Origin: Neoechinorhynchus agilis
Taxonomy: Eukaryota; Animalia; Acanthocephala
Direction: 5' to 3'
NCBI GenBank assembly: GCA_051530055.1
Contig: CM121342.1
Span: forward strand, 5,269,489 to 5,333,488
DNA: 64,000 nucleotides
Below, piece by piece: positions 13,101 through 26,002 of this stretch (position 1 is the first letter of the stretch; each line of letters opens with the position of its first letter). The translations under genes were made by a program, and so were the position numbers. The notes beneath the pieces were generated by a model that was not told the origin of the DNA, made no database searches, and saw only the letters and a program-made list of their open reading frames with translations.

Positions 13101-16051
13101 TGCGCCGGCTGGCTTCGCTCGCCGGCGAGGAGAAACCCATGTGCCCTTCGAAAACATTCCCGCAATGGTAAACAGAGGAACACCGGAAAGATTGTATTCC
13201 GATAGTTCAAACCTCAGTGCGAGTGCGGCCTCTATCGAGGGAGGCAGTTTGCACGCCGCAACAACGTCCGCCGCGGCGGCTGTTTCGCTTGCTGGCGAAG
13301 GGGTGCCCAGTCTCCAATGCAAATCGGTCAAATGCAGTGTTTGTCTTCGTGTCTTCAAACCCATTCTCAGTGGTCTCGTCCGCTCCCACGGTCAACATGG
13401 TTCGCATTGCCCTGGATCCAGAAAACGGTCAATTCAGCCTGCTTCTCCGTCTTCATCCAATCCATGCGATTTAACCGAACTCACAACTGTGGTCACAGAC
13501 ACGAATGCCCCACCGCCAGCACTAGTCGAGATGCTTTCACACGGTACCCGCATGATTAGACGAATCCTGCGAGGCGCCAGGTCCTCCATAGCTTCCAAAT
13601 TAGCATGCCTGATCGAGCGTATCATACGAGATCCAACCGTACCATCTGACTGGTTCAACCTCCTCGCGTTTCCCAAAGCCGTCTTACGTGTTCCCACACA
13701 AACTGCTGAAGCCAACGAGAATAAATCGCTTAGCCAAAAGATTCGCAACAGGTCCGACGCTTTCGAGTCCTTTGAACAAGTCGAGCATCTTGGATGGCAG
13801 AGCCATCGCCGTAATGCTCCTCACGACCCGGACTCTCAACTACGTGCGAAATGCTCCGAGAAGCTGGAGGACATCGATCTGAGGGGTGCCGTTCGACTTG
13901 CAAGCGGAACGGACCGCCTACTTGCGCCGAACAAGGACATCCTCGACTTCTTAAAATTGAAGCATCCTCCACGCGGACGGAGTTGCTTCAAGCCAAATTA
14001 TGATCCGTCGTTCACAGAGCCCGACCGCGATCCCCTCATACCTATTACAGTCTCCACCGTCACTTCCGCTCTGATGTCCTTTCCGCCTTGGTCAGCTGGA
14101 GGGCATGATGGTTTAAGCCCTCGACACTTACGGGATTTGATCTGCTTCTCTTCTGGAGCTCAAGGTACACGATTGCTGAACGCAATCACCGAGCTCACAC
14201 GCGTAATCGTCCGCAGTTCCGTACCTCCTCCAGTCGCGCGTCTACTCTGCGGTGCCAAGCTGATCGCTTTCACAAAAAAGGTGGAGGGGTTCGTCCGATT
14301 GCCGTTGGTTGTACCTTCCGTCGACTGGCATCCAAAGTCGCGTGTCAGTTCGCCACCGATCGATTGATCGATCAACTCTTGCCGGTTCAATTAGGAGTCG
14401 GAGTTCCTGCTGGAGCCGATGCGGCTGTACAATCAGCACGAGCGTATAGTCGAAATGGTATCAATAAGGGAACGGCTATGGTCAAGCTTGACATGGAGAA
14501 CGCGTTCAATTCAATATGCCGCACCGCGATGACAGAGGTTGTCCGCCAGCACATACCAGAAATCTACCAGTATGTGTCCTTGTGCTACGACCAGTCCAGC
14601 ATGCTGCTGTTTGGCGAGTTCCAGGTCGAATCAGCAGAGGGTGTTCAACAGGGTGATCCTCAAGGTCCTCTGCTGTTCGCATTGACGATCAATCATCTTG
14701 TCCACAACCTCAACGACTGTTGCATTGGAGGGGAAATCGACCAGCTCATCCGTGACATCAACAGTATCTCCGAAATGGATGCCGATATCGGACCATTCCT
14801 GAGAACGGACAAATGCGAGATAATTTCGGACGACCAAGAGGATGCATCGAGACTGCTCACCGTACTACCCGGAGCAAAGACAACTGCAACCGACTCAGCT
14901 GACATTCTCGGGTCTCCAATCGGTAACCTGTCTAACCTGGAAACGTTCCTCTTAAAAGCCATCGATCAATTACGCCTCACTGCCTTCAGGCTCTTGCACA
15001 TCGCGCGACACGACGCTCTGTTCATATTATCACGATGTCTGTCGCTGCCGAAGATTGCGTACTTTCTGAGGGCTTCTCCATGCTTCAAGTCAGTGCTCAC
15101 CAGGGATTTCGACAACTGCGTTCGATCAACACTGTCAGAAGTCCTAAACCTACAACTGTCCGATACAGCATGGAAACAGGCGATCCTTTCCATTCGATTC
15201 GGCAGTCTTGGCATCCAGAGTGCCGCCGAACGCACGCTCAATGGACGTCAGTGTTCGGGCAGGTCGTTCCAACGGAAACAAACTCCCAAAAACGTTGGAC
15301 TACCTTGCTCCACACTGCGTATTATCAGCAGCTTCTTAACTCATGCTCATCTCCCAACGATAGAGCTCGTCTCCTGGCAGTCTCAGCTCCACACTCCAGC
15401 GACTTCTTGAAGGCTTTCCCAATCATATCTGTTGGCACGAGGCTGGATGATCAGGCCATCGCCGTCGCTGTGGGACTTCGGTTGGGCATCGAATTCTCAG
15501 GCTCATATACATGTCGGTGCGGTGGGACAGTGAATAGGTCGGGAACTCACGGCCTTGACTGCAAGCGTTCAAATGCTCGCCGCGCGCGGCACTCAGCAGT
15601 CAACCGCATAATCAAGGAAGCACTCTCAACGGCCGGTTTTTCCGCTCGACTCGAACCAGTCGGACTCTCCCGGAACGACGGTAAACGCCCTAGTGGAGTC
15701 CTTCCATGGTGCTCCGGAAAAATACTGGTTTGGGATTTTACCTGCCCCAACACGCTCGCAGCATCCAACTTACTGGATTCCACTTCAAAGCCGGGAGCAG
15801 TCGCCAGCTTCAGCGAGGAAAAGAAGCGGCATAAGCACTCCTCGCTCGATGGGCATCAATATATTTTCATCTCGATTGCGGTGGAAACACTGGGATGTCT
15901 CGGAAAAGAAGCCGATTATTTCCTCTCACGACTGGGAGGGATGCTAAAACATGCCACCGGCGATATGCGATCCAGCAGCTTCCTGTTGCAGCGAATCAGC
16001 GCGGCAATGCCGCGGCCATCAAGGAAGCTGCTGAACAAACATAACATTTGA
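12795..16051 (+). mobile_element. Decayed CRE-clade-like non-LTR retrotransposon (zinc finger, RT, restriction-like endonuclease)
   Basis: CSVC..H..C zinc finger; RT motifs KLDMENAFNSI and GVQQGDPQGPLLF; C-CG..HGLDC, RH..N, DGKRP..PW..GK.LVWD. At least two frameshifts, and the YxDD motif is missing (HNLNDCCIGG). Confidence 0.85.
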
Positions 16052-16117
16052 AGAAAACGAAACTATGTTCATTCATAGAATTTATAGTTCAAATGATGAT
16101 TATTTTGTTATACAATT

Positions 16118-17253
16118 TCAGTTTGACTTGTGGCCGTTTCTGTTCATAATTTTCCAGTGTTCAATAGGGCATAAAGTCTTTGCATAATTAATTTCAATAT
16201 CGCGAATATTTTTACTTTTTTCGATAATTCCTTCAACAAAAGAGAGTGCATTCTCAATCACCGGATAATCGGCCATACGATCGTCTCTTACAATAAAGCT
16301 AAGTAAGATATTTTTAATACGGCCAATGAGCGTATTATCTCCGTGAATATCGATGGAGAGCACATTGTGTATTATGCGAGCTAGTTTCTCGGAGTCACAG
16401 TCGACTTTCATTTTCGCCATTGTTGAAAACACAACGAACATCACGTCGGTCAATTGATAATCTGGATTCTCCGTACTTTTGCCACTCTCGTCCTTATCCT
16501 TGTCTAGAGCATCGAAAATGGACTGTAGCTCGGATTCGGGCAGAACAAGGTTGACTGAGTAAACCAAGTGTTGTTTAACAACGTTGCTAATGCGATTTCC
16601 ATAAAAAGGGGGTTTAATGTGAGCAATGCACAGCATTTTTTCGATTGAACCGCCTTGGGCTTAGCTTAAAGTACGTGAACCTAAACGTTCCTACAATTAA
16701 ACTAGTTGGTTATCGTTGATGTTCGTATTGTGGTTGCTCGAAAATGCGTGGTATATGAAAATCCCGAGCATGCTATGGAATTTCGGCAAAATTAAATGCT
16801 TTGAGCAGCACTGCAAGAAATTTATCCATTGACAAAATGGAGTAATTGTTCAAAATTACCGCATTTTTGTTGACATCGCGGCTAACACAAACGTACGGAA
16901 TGATTTTGAGCAATTCTCATAATGTTTAGCTAGTTCAAAGGTATATCTGAGAGATCCTTTTCTGGTTTAAAGAAACACAAGAGCAGCGATGCCACATTTT
17001 CCCGAGAAATAGTTACTGACCCATCATTGTCCGTTATCTGCATTACACGACGGATTAAAAGTTCCTTTTGTACGCAAAGATAATGAGCAAGTGCCGGCAT
17101 TCTTAATATTAAAGCATTCATCGTGTCGACAGTGAGCTGTCGAGTACTATACTGCCCGTTTTTCTGATTTAGAAATTGAATCTCGAGTTGGGAATATTGA
17201 CGCTTGTGGACGATCATTTTAGTTTTATTGTGTTTAAGAAGATCTATTCGCAT
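16118..17253 (-). CDS. Unidentified multi-exon gene; contains a candidate non-canonical intron at 16839-16916
   Basis: ORFs 16930-17253 and 16118-16636 plus an intermediate open frame (FCQWINFLQCCSKHLILPKF). One canonical intron near 16960-17020. Confidence 0.5.
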
Positions 17254-19703
17254 TGGAAACTATAGCTACGATCTGCTGATTAACTTCAGAAAAGTGAGAA
17301 AGCAAATCGACAAAAGATGGTTGGGTGGAATTTAACAAGTGATTTTGGTGTACTTTCTTTTTAATTATCTTAACCTTGAACTTTTCATGTTCCCAATAAA
17401 AATATTAGTCATTACTATTTTTTCTCAATCGTTATCCGTACACGTCAAGCGAAAGCAGAAACCGTAAATGTTCAAGTTCTCACAAATTTGATAGGCTGCA
17501 TTTTTCCGATAATCTCGTTCGAATTATTTGAAATAGATCTTAGAAGTAAAAGAATTTGATATTCCTGTTTTATTGAGGATTGCATTCGGTCGAGTGGTTT
17601 AGGTTGTCAACAACAACACCTCAGGGGGATGCATAAACGTCCATTGATTGAATCCCGCTCATTTTATCAAAATTGTTTTTTTTTGCCTGTTGTGGGCAAG
17701 TGGGGTTCTTTGACTTTTTAGGTTAATCGTTGTTTTTGTTGATTACACGCGAGGACACAACTTAGGCTTCTGCTTTTTTGTTACCGTTAAAGTCAAAAAA
17801 ATTGAGGATTTTCTCTAATGTCCGTTAATTGGTCTTTTCACCGAATTTTTGAGAATGCTTAAACCCTCCGGTTAGTGCCTTTATAACAACAACACAATGC
17901 TGCTACTACTCGGCATGCGTCAGCAGAGTATCGAGTTATAACGACGGCACACGCATTGCATTGGATGCCGAGTTCTGATGGATTACTTAGTCCGGAGTTT
18001 CTTTTATACATTCACCTGAAAACGCGTCGAGTGTTTTCGTCCACTATACGCTCGTTTTTCTCTAGATCTCATGGGGTAAGAGACTTTACGAACGAGCCTT
18101 CCACTTCAAACAATGATCACAGTCAACAAAAGTCACTTCCATCCACCACGACAGCAAAACAAGCGGTCCTTGATCCAAACGCTGAAAGATTGCTCATCTA
18201 CGCAAAGAGGTACCGAACGATGTTATTTGAACTAAGAAAACAGTACCGGAGGACCAAAAAAGTCGCCAAAAACCTTTTTACCAGCAAGAGTGCTGCTGAA
18301 ATCAATAGTTTGTACCGTCTCTCTCTCTTTTCTGGGCTTTTTAACGCTTCACCAATAACCTTTACACAGTTTTCGAAGATTTAAACGAACTCTGCTCAAG
18401 GTGCTGGGTAGACCATCACAGATCAGCCGATTGTACCGAAAAAGTTTGCTTCTTAACATAAAAAGACACTGATTTGAAATATTTGTTCGATATTCGTTAG
18501 TTGACAACGTTTGCTGTTTCAATGCTTCAACGAATGCAACTTGTCGATCGAATGTACATCGGTACGAGATTTTGTGACTTTTGCTCTCTTTTTTTAGAAA
18601 TGCGCCCATAACAGAAATCGTATATAAAAAATTAGGGAATTCCATCAAAGAACTTATAAAACAAGACAAAAAAATTCAAAAACAGGTTGGTTCGTCGAAC
18701 TTAAATCATCAGGGCGATTGACTCAAACCCGAGAAAAAACTCAGTCTCGTCGATAATTATTTTACGAGAAGACCTTTGGATTTTTCAAAACTTTACTATT
18801 TTAGAAGCTAGACACAAACCCCTTTTTTCACAATGTAGATCCAACTCTAATTTATATTGCCGGGGAATTGTTTCCCTTCCATAGATAACCTTGCACAAAG
18901 GCCGCTTAAATTGTCTCTGGAGTTTGCCAACGGCCTTTTTTTAACATTATATTCAGGGTCAATGCAACTGGCGTAGCTCACCTTTATAAATATTAATGCC
19001 AACGAAATGTTATAGCTCTTTTGACGAGTGTGCTCATAAACATTAGCCGGCCACTACATCTAGTATTTCTTTTGTTATTTTCAAGACTTCATAGAAAATA
19101 TAGAGCCACAATCAACGTAATTTAAATGCCGAGATATGTGATTATTAGAATTATTGTTTAGAAGTCTTTACCCGCGTAATTTAAAGCTTTCGCTCAGAAA
19201 TCAATCGTTTTCTATACACTTTCTGGTCATCCTACTAAATATGCGATTTTACAATTTTAAAATTATACCAACTGTTAATTAAACGTCCACTGAAACGTTC
19301 TTATCGTAGAAATAGTTTTCGTCGCTTGCCCTGGTGCAGATTATTTAGCTAATTGTAATTTTGAAGAACGAAATAATGCGAACTGAATATTTTTAGGCCA
19401 AAAACTGTACTGGATTTTCGAGTGAAGTTGTGTTTATTTTAGAATTAAATCAAAATTCCGTGCAATCAGACTTTATATTTTATGAAATATGGTATCCGCC
19501 TAAAAAATAGTCGATAAAATCCTACTGAGTTTTTGTTGCAACCTTTGTTAGAGTAGTATTTTACGTAAAGAGTATACCAATCTTTTTCAGCCAACTACAA
19601 CTTTTTGAGTTAATTGCTTTACTGTATCCTGTCATCTATTCTATCCTAATAACCAAACCTTTTCTTAAATCAACCATTTAATCACGTTCAGGTAAACGAT
19701 GCA

Positions 19704-20129
19704 TTGGAACCATGCAGAAAACGAAGTGGAATGACAACTCTTGAGCTTGAAAGATATACAGATGAAGCTTTTCATATCTGGCAGATTCAGCAATGTCTGA
19801 CCACAGACCGGACTCAATCCATTCTATCATCTTATACCAACTTTCAACTTGAGCGCTTTAGGATATACGACCTATGTTTGAGAAAGCTGTTGGATGCAAT
19901 AGAAACTCAGAGTCTTCGAAAGGAGTCAGACGAGTTTGCTGTATATGCACGGGATGCGAAGAAGGAGATTGACAAAGAAATTGAAAGATTGATGCTTAAA
20001 AAGATGGACACTGTTTCATCCGAGGAGTTGTCTCATTTTAGATCGACTGCTCCTATCGACTACTTTCGCCAATCTCTGACGCCAACGATTGGAGAGCAAC
20101 ACCTATCAGTACCACAACAATATTATTGA
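19704..20129 (+). CDS. Unidentified helical protein or exon
   Basis: 141-codon ORF with protein-like composition in an AT-rich region; no motif recognised. Confidence 0.4.
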   Translation: MEPCRKRSGMTTLELERYTDEAFHIWQIQQCLTTDRTQSILSSYTNFQLERFRIYDLCLRKLLDAIETQSLRKESDEFAVYARDAKKEIDKEIERLMLKKMDTVSSEELSHFRSTAPIDYFRQSLTPTIGEQHLSVPQQYY

Positions 20130-21407
20130 ACCTTTTCTTTAAAGTAAAGTGACATTTTATGTTAGACCATAAGGTTAATTTGGAGATTTTTATACTACCG
20201 TCTTTTTTTTAAAAAAAGAGGTTCCTCCAAAAGATCGACCAGTTTCCGTTCAGCGATTGATTTTCTTAAACATTGTAAACAATCGCATTTATTGTCAGTT
20301 ATTTGAATTGCGAAAACTTTAATCGCATTCTCCTTAAAACGTCTGAGATGTCATTAAGTAATTAGATATTTTCAATGTCAAAAACGTCTATAATTGTTAT
20401 TTTGCTTGCCAGCATGGAATCACTGGAATGAAAAACCGTTTTTTATCCTCAAACACAAAGTGTTTCTGTTAGATTCTGATGGTTTTATGATAAAAAAAAG
20501 ATTTTTGCGTATTTGTGTTCGATTTGGAACGATTGTTTAAATCACTTAAACCGTCTTTACATAAAAAATTGGTATAGTTTGAGTCCTGTGTCCTCCATAT
20601 AATTCATTTTTTAGTTCGTGTCGCCTTCAAATGATCGCAATCCATTTTCATTGGCACCAGCCGCTGTTTGTCCCCGGCGTAGAAGATTTATGAACACTAT
20701 TAGAGAGAATAAAGAGTTTCAGAAGACGTTTTCAATTTCAAAGAAATGAAATTCGAGCTTATTGTGAGTAAGTCTAGTTATTTTTAAAGAAAATAGTAAA
20801 TCAAAACTCGATAGCGATAATTTTGCTACTAAATTCAATCAGAATGGAATCATATCCTCCAATGGATACGGACAATAGATGGGTCTGCCGCATATTTAAG
20901 GTGAGTGCAGTGATTAGATTTTCTTTAGACCATTTGTTGTCTAAGATGGGGACCAAACGCTCTCCGAATTCCGACAAGGAGATTCCAATAAGAGAAACGT
21001 ATTGTAGACGAGGCTGGTACACCGTTGAGGAAGGTTAACGATTAGAATAAATTGCTTTGTCGTTCTACCATACAAAAAACGAAGGGATATTTTTTCGATT
21101 TTGAAGTTTTATAGCAAACGCCTATATTAAGGACGTTAATCGTCTTTAGACGGAAATGTTAACTCTTGATTTTGTGAACGCACTTATCTCTACAAGGCTA
21201 AAATCATTAGTCGGCTTCTTTTCTTTAGTGCGTTCGATTATAGCAATCATGTGCTATTCGATTTTAGCGACTTAAATGTTAATGAGCATTATGGTACCAA
21301 CTGTTTTAGTTTATGTGACTTTTGAGCTTAACTTTGAATGTAAGTTTGGGAGTCTGCTTTTAAGGGCAACCTCACAAGGTAGATTTTTCCATAAACGTCC
21401 TCGAGTT

Positions 21408-21599
21408 TTGGTCTGGGACGGTGCTGGTCTGTGCTCAATGCGCCCCAAGACCGTAGACGGTTATAAGTTTGTGGATGAAACTCACTGATGAGTCCCGCCT
21501 CGTCGGGAGGTATCTGAGAATCCGGACGAGGATGTACAAACTTCTAACCGTCTACGGTCTTGGGGGCATTGAGCACAGACCAGCACCGTCCCAGACCAA
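21408..21599. repeat. Fold-back hairpin: 65/64-nt near-perfect arms around a 63-nt loop
   Basis: 21408-21472 is the reverse complement of 21536-21599 with one mismatch and one indel. Confidence 0.93.
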
Positions 21600-21757
21600 T
21601 GAATCGGCGATGGACGGCGGGTGTCCATTCGGCCGTTTATGGAAAAATATCTATCAAAAGACTCCCGGCTGAGCCACATATGAAAAATTCTAAAAAACCT
21701 TATAAGGTCACCATGGATACAAATATAGTCATATACTGTTCAAGGATGTAAACGAGA

Positions 21758-22381
21758 ATGCTCTCAATTCTGTCTTTTAGTATTTTTTTGGTACCCGGTT
21801 CCGTTTCTAGGAACAATGATGAATTTGTGGCTATCAAAATGCTTCAATGTCACAATCAGTTCCGTACTTTCCACCTAGTTAACAACCTAACCTACGACAA
21901 CTTCTTGAGCGAACAAGCCCAAGCTCATGCTGACTGGATGGCGGACCACGATTGGCTTGTGCCTTCAAGAAATCTGGCTGAACTTAACCAGGGTGAAAAT
22001 ATTTACTCGAAACTGATATTATCACCTCATCCGATCGATGCGACTCGCGTACTCCATGAGGACCCCGATGAGGCATGTAAGAGTTGGTACTGTGAAATCT
22101 TGGATTACAAAGACAGCATTTATTATTACGCTACCATGAACGTCCTTTCTCTTCAGTTTACTCAAATGATATGGGCTGATACGAAACGAGTGGGATTCGG
22201 AGTTGCTGTGAAGGCGAACGGGTTGTCCGATGGTGTGTATAAATCGATTATTTATATCGCTGCGCGGTACAGCCCACCAGGAAACTCGAAATATGCCTTC
22301 CATGAGAATGTAATGACGACGGAATTCGACTACTCACGATTTTGTTCAAATTTCAATCAAAATTTGGGTAAGTGGTCGTGA
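21758..22381 (+). CDS. Secreted CAP/SCP/TAPS (PR-1/GLIPR-like) protein, paralogue 1, intronless
   Basis: Hydrophobic N-terminus, HNQFR..H, GENIY, WYCEI, QFTQMIWADTKRVGFG, ARYSPPGN. Confidence 0.9.
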   Translation: MLSILSFSIFLVPGSVSRNNDEFVAIKMLQCHNQFRTFHLVNNLTYDNFLSEQAQAHADWMADHDWLVPSRNLAELNQGENIYSKLILSPHPIDATRVLHEDPDEACKSWYCEILDYKDSIYYYATMNVLSLQFTQMIWADTKRVGFGVAVKANGLSDGVYKSIIYIAARYSPPGNSKYAFHENVMTTEFDYSRFCSNFNQNLGKWS

Positions 22382-23377
22382 CAGATCGACCGTAGGTGCA
22401 TTGCTTTTAGATGCTGAAAAGAGTAGAATGGCGATGGTTGACTGGTTTAAAGGGATTTTTCCGAATACAAGCTAGGAAACTTAGCTGTGGGTGAATGTAG
22501 AGTGTCAATGATCTTCGTGGTTGTCTCCAAGAAATCCCGCACATTGAAGTTCGGCATGCGGATCCGCTGTTCGCTTGTATTTCTCGATAATTTACTTTTT
22601 GTTTCGATCTTTTGAGGTCTCGCCAAAATTGGTCCCAGCTGAGAATAACATTTTAGGCAACTTTATCTTTTAATTGCGCTTGGCTCATTCGGATTTGTGC
22701 GTTTTTTAAATGTACAGAAAGTGCTGGTTTATTGCTTCAACTATTCTGCCAACGATATAGTCCGAGAGTTCAGAAAAAGATTTCAGATAATAAATCCTGA
22801 TATTTCTTTAAGGTTACTACTATCATATTCTTGAGAATTACTTCAAAAATAGATAACGTCTTATGCTAGAAAACATTTTTCTGCTCTCAAAATCTACTTT
22901 ACACATTTCAGATTTTCGATAATGGGCATGATTATTGATTTGTAGGCGAACATCATTTTCGCTCTGTGTAATTCCATTGCTACGAAAAATGATAGGATTC
23001 GGCTGGAATTACACGTTAAATTATCAACAAGTTGGTCGCAATGATCTGATGAATTATATACCAATAATATCGGCAATAACACGTTTAATCTCATTGCGGG
23101 CACATAAACAAACAGTAAATTTGACTAGTGTTCCAGAAATTTAAACAAATATACAATAGCATATATAGCAAAATTCGAAGATAATATTTGAAAAGTATCA
23201 AACGTTCACGCATATTTACCAATCGACTAAAATATTGATCTTAGGAATAGAGTAATCACACCAGGATCGAACAGTATCCCTAAAAGAGTTTTAATTTCAA
23301 CGTTTTGCAAGAAAGCGAAATTAGAGTGAATACATTTTATGTGAACTATCAACTGAAAACTTCTAAATCTTAAAATG

Positions 23378-23465
23378 TTATTGTTTAGAAGTCTACACCC
23401 GCGGTAAATGATTATTTCGATTTCGAAATAATCATTTACCGCGGGTGTAGACTTCTAAACAATAA
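23378..23465. repeat. Perfect 43-bp-arm palindrome with a 2-nt loop; member of a dispersed MITE-like family
   Basis: TTATTGTTTAGAAGTCTACACCCGCGGTAAATGATTATTTCGA-TT-its exact reverse complement. Related ends at about 19150 and 59758. Confidence 0.93.
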
Positions 23466-24101
23466 TTCCAATACCTCACATATCGACATTTTTAAAATGT
23501 AAAAGAAAACAAAACATCATTTTGTAGTCATAAATAATTTAAATAAAGTTCTGTTGTTCGTCTATTTTAGGTGCTTTTACGATTCAAAATTGGAAAAGCA
23601 TTGGATTCACCAAATTCTGAGGACAAGTGTAACTAATTTCAAGTTGACTATGTTACATATAGTCTAGAAAAAATGGAATTATTATTTGAAAAACGGATAA
23701 GCTCGAAATTAGAAAGCTATCACGTGAATGGACGCATTTCGTACTAATTAGCATAAACACCGTCAAAATTGGCAAATTTACAACTCATCGTAATCGTTGA
23801 GACGTGATTCGTTGCTCTAAGGGCATCGGATTTTAAAAAAGTAGATCATTATGTTGAACAGCTAGCAGTCCAGTTGTTTATATTTCATCTGCATTTGACT
23901 TAAATGCAGATGCATGAACTTCAATCGGAATTATATGGATGAAGCATAGAAATATTGATGGTTAAATTTCCGATTAAAATATCCATTAGTCGATTTTATT
24001 TGCTTGAATTTAAGCTCTTGTCGTTTCATACTAAGGTTTTGTTTTTGGAGTAACTATAGCAACTAACTTCCCGAAGACGCTCCTTTTAGACGTTCACAGA
24101 A

Positions 24102-24731
24102 ATGCTATTTATTATACCGTCTCTCGTTTTACTGCTGTCGAATTTCGTTTATGGAGACTACGAGTATGCTATCAGGAAAATGCTAGAATGTCACAACAAA
24201 TTTCGGACTTTACATCGAGTTCAGAATCTCACCCTGGATAATGGTCTCTCGAAGGATGCACAGGTACACGCTGATTGGATGTCCAGAAGCGGTCGATTTG
24301 ACCATGCAAAAAATTTAGAGCGCTTGGAACAAGGCGAGAACCTGTACATGAGGTTTAGAATTGCAAACAGTCCATTGAATGCTCAGCGCGATTTGGACCA
24401 AGATCCGGATAGAGCATGTAAAGAGTGGTACTGCGAAATACTTGACTATCGATTTGATCGCCTTGATGTGATGAACATGGGGACCTTTCATTTTACTCAG
24501 CTCGTCTGGGCTCAATCGACGCGAGTTGGATTTGCCATTGCTGTCCACAAACAGACAATGCCTGGAAGTTTCTATAAATACAAGACATACATTGTAGCCA
24601 GATATTCTCCCCCTGGAAATGTTATTGGCACGTTTCACCGACATGTCAAGAAAACCAGCTTCGATTATAGATCATTTTGCAAGTTGCTCAAGAAGTCATC
24701 GAATGTTCAACGGCAAAATTTTGCAGGTTGA
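24102..24731 (+). CDS. Secreted CAP/SCP/TAPS protein, paralogue 2, intronless
   Basis: Signal-peptide-like N-terminus, HNKFR..H, GENLY, HFTQLVWAQSTRVGFA, ARYSPPGN. Confidence 0.92.
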   Translation: MLFIIPSLVLLLSNFVYGDYEYAIRKMLECHNKFRTLHRVQNLTLDNGLSKDAQVHADWMSRSGRFDHAKNLERLEQGENLYMRFRIANSPLNAQRDLDQDPDRACKEWYCEILDYRFDRLDVMNMGTFHFTQLVWAQSTRVGFAIAVHKQTMPGSFYKYKTYIVARYSPPGNVIGTFHRHVKKTSFDYRSFCKLLKKSSNVQRQNFAG

Positions 24732-25466
24732 TATAGGATCGATCCCTGTTTGAATCTCAGGTAAAACACCGGAGATCAGGGATATTGTGAGAGCGCGAAT
24801 GTATAAGGATTTTTCCTAAACATGATCTTTAGCGTTACGATCTCGAACAATGAAATTCTCTAATTAATACTTTGAAATTCATTCAATTTAGAGACAATTG
24901 ATACCTTTAAATCCATTCAATTGAAGTGTGAGATAAAAGATTAGACGTAACAGTTGAAACCTATTGAACGAAGAAAAAAGCGACTACCCTACGAAATTAA
25001 CAAAAAAACCCGCTCTATTCCGCATTGGGGTAATTCTTTTTAGACCTCGTCTTAGATTGACCAAATTACGTTACATCTCGTGCTTAAATGGCTCATTACT
25101 AATATGACATTTGTTGCTTTAACTGCGAAATATCCTTTTTAGCATTTTGTTTTCCATTTTCGCGTACTCTAAAAGAGATTGGGACCTGGTGATAAAATAC
25201 TCCATATTAATAAAATGGCGTACAAAAAAATCCACTACCAGTCTTTCAAAATAATTCACCTCACGGTGTCTTTTGAACCTCAAGGCACAAAAGGACATTT
25301 GAACGAAACATACAAATGCAAGCCAACGAACATGTAATCAAACTTTCTATAGGGCGATAATTAGAATTCTAGCAAAGCTCAGGCAAACATCCAATCCCCC
25401 CATGCACAAAATTTTAGATACGGATTGATTAGAATTCTGATCTGACGCTTCGACATTTTTTGTCAT

Positions 25467-26002
25467 TTAAGAATGAAGCGACCTATGTCTAAAATAAGAC
25501 AATTGTGAAAGAGTCTTTTCAAGGCAAACAAATATCATTTCTCTGAACATTGCCTTCTGAGTATGATCTTGAGATCCATCAACTGGCAAATCTATCATTG
25601 TACAGGTGGACGATACAAGATCGTAGCCGTATCGAAACATATTATTTAGGATTTGAAGTGAATCTAAACCGGGTATTTTGACCGAATCTCGGCACTCAAT
25701 GTCTTTGTATCGAGATTCCATCAATCTAACGAAACAGCAACGAATGCATTTGAGTCTAACTCGTCTTTGGATACTTGATAATTCGAAGGTTTGTCCAGAA
25801 TGTCGATTGATTTCACATAGGGTTCGAACAAATGTTCAATACTATGGTATCTCCCAATCAAAGTAAACGATTCGACTCGTCGTCTCAAACGTAGAATATC
25901 ATCTTCCATGGAGAGCGGAGAAAGTTTAGATATTGAGCGAAGAATCATTGTATCAGCGAGTGGCGATTTGGGTTTAAATACTGTTGCATTGCCAGAAGCC
26001 AT
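25467..26002 (-). CDS. Unidentified gene (two overlapping ORFs joinable by a ~35-nt GT-AG intron)
   Basis: ORFs 25721-26002 and 25467-25724; GA|gttaga..gttag|A TTG ATG restores the frame. Confidence 0.35.

Noticed and set aside
12784-13364. Minus-strand Cys-rich, LLRGT and VAGD repeat ORFs
   Set aside because: These are reading-frame by-products of the 15-bp minisatellite.
17956-18669. Convergent ORFs 17956-18384 (+) and 18349-18669 (-); also coding-like frames near 43600-43750 (-), 46614-46856 (-) and 52430-52625 (+)
   Set aside because: No recognisable motif or complete exon structure; they may be real divergent genes but cannot be supported without homology or RNA data.
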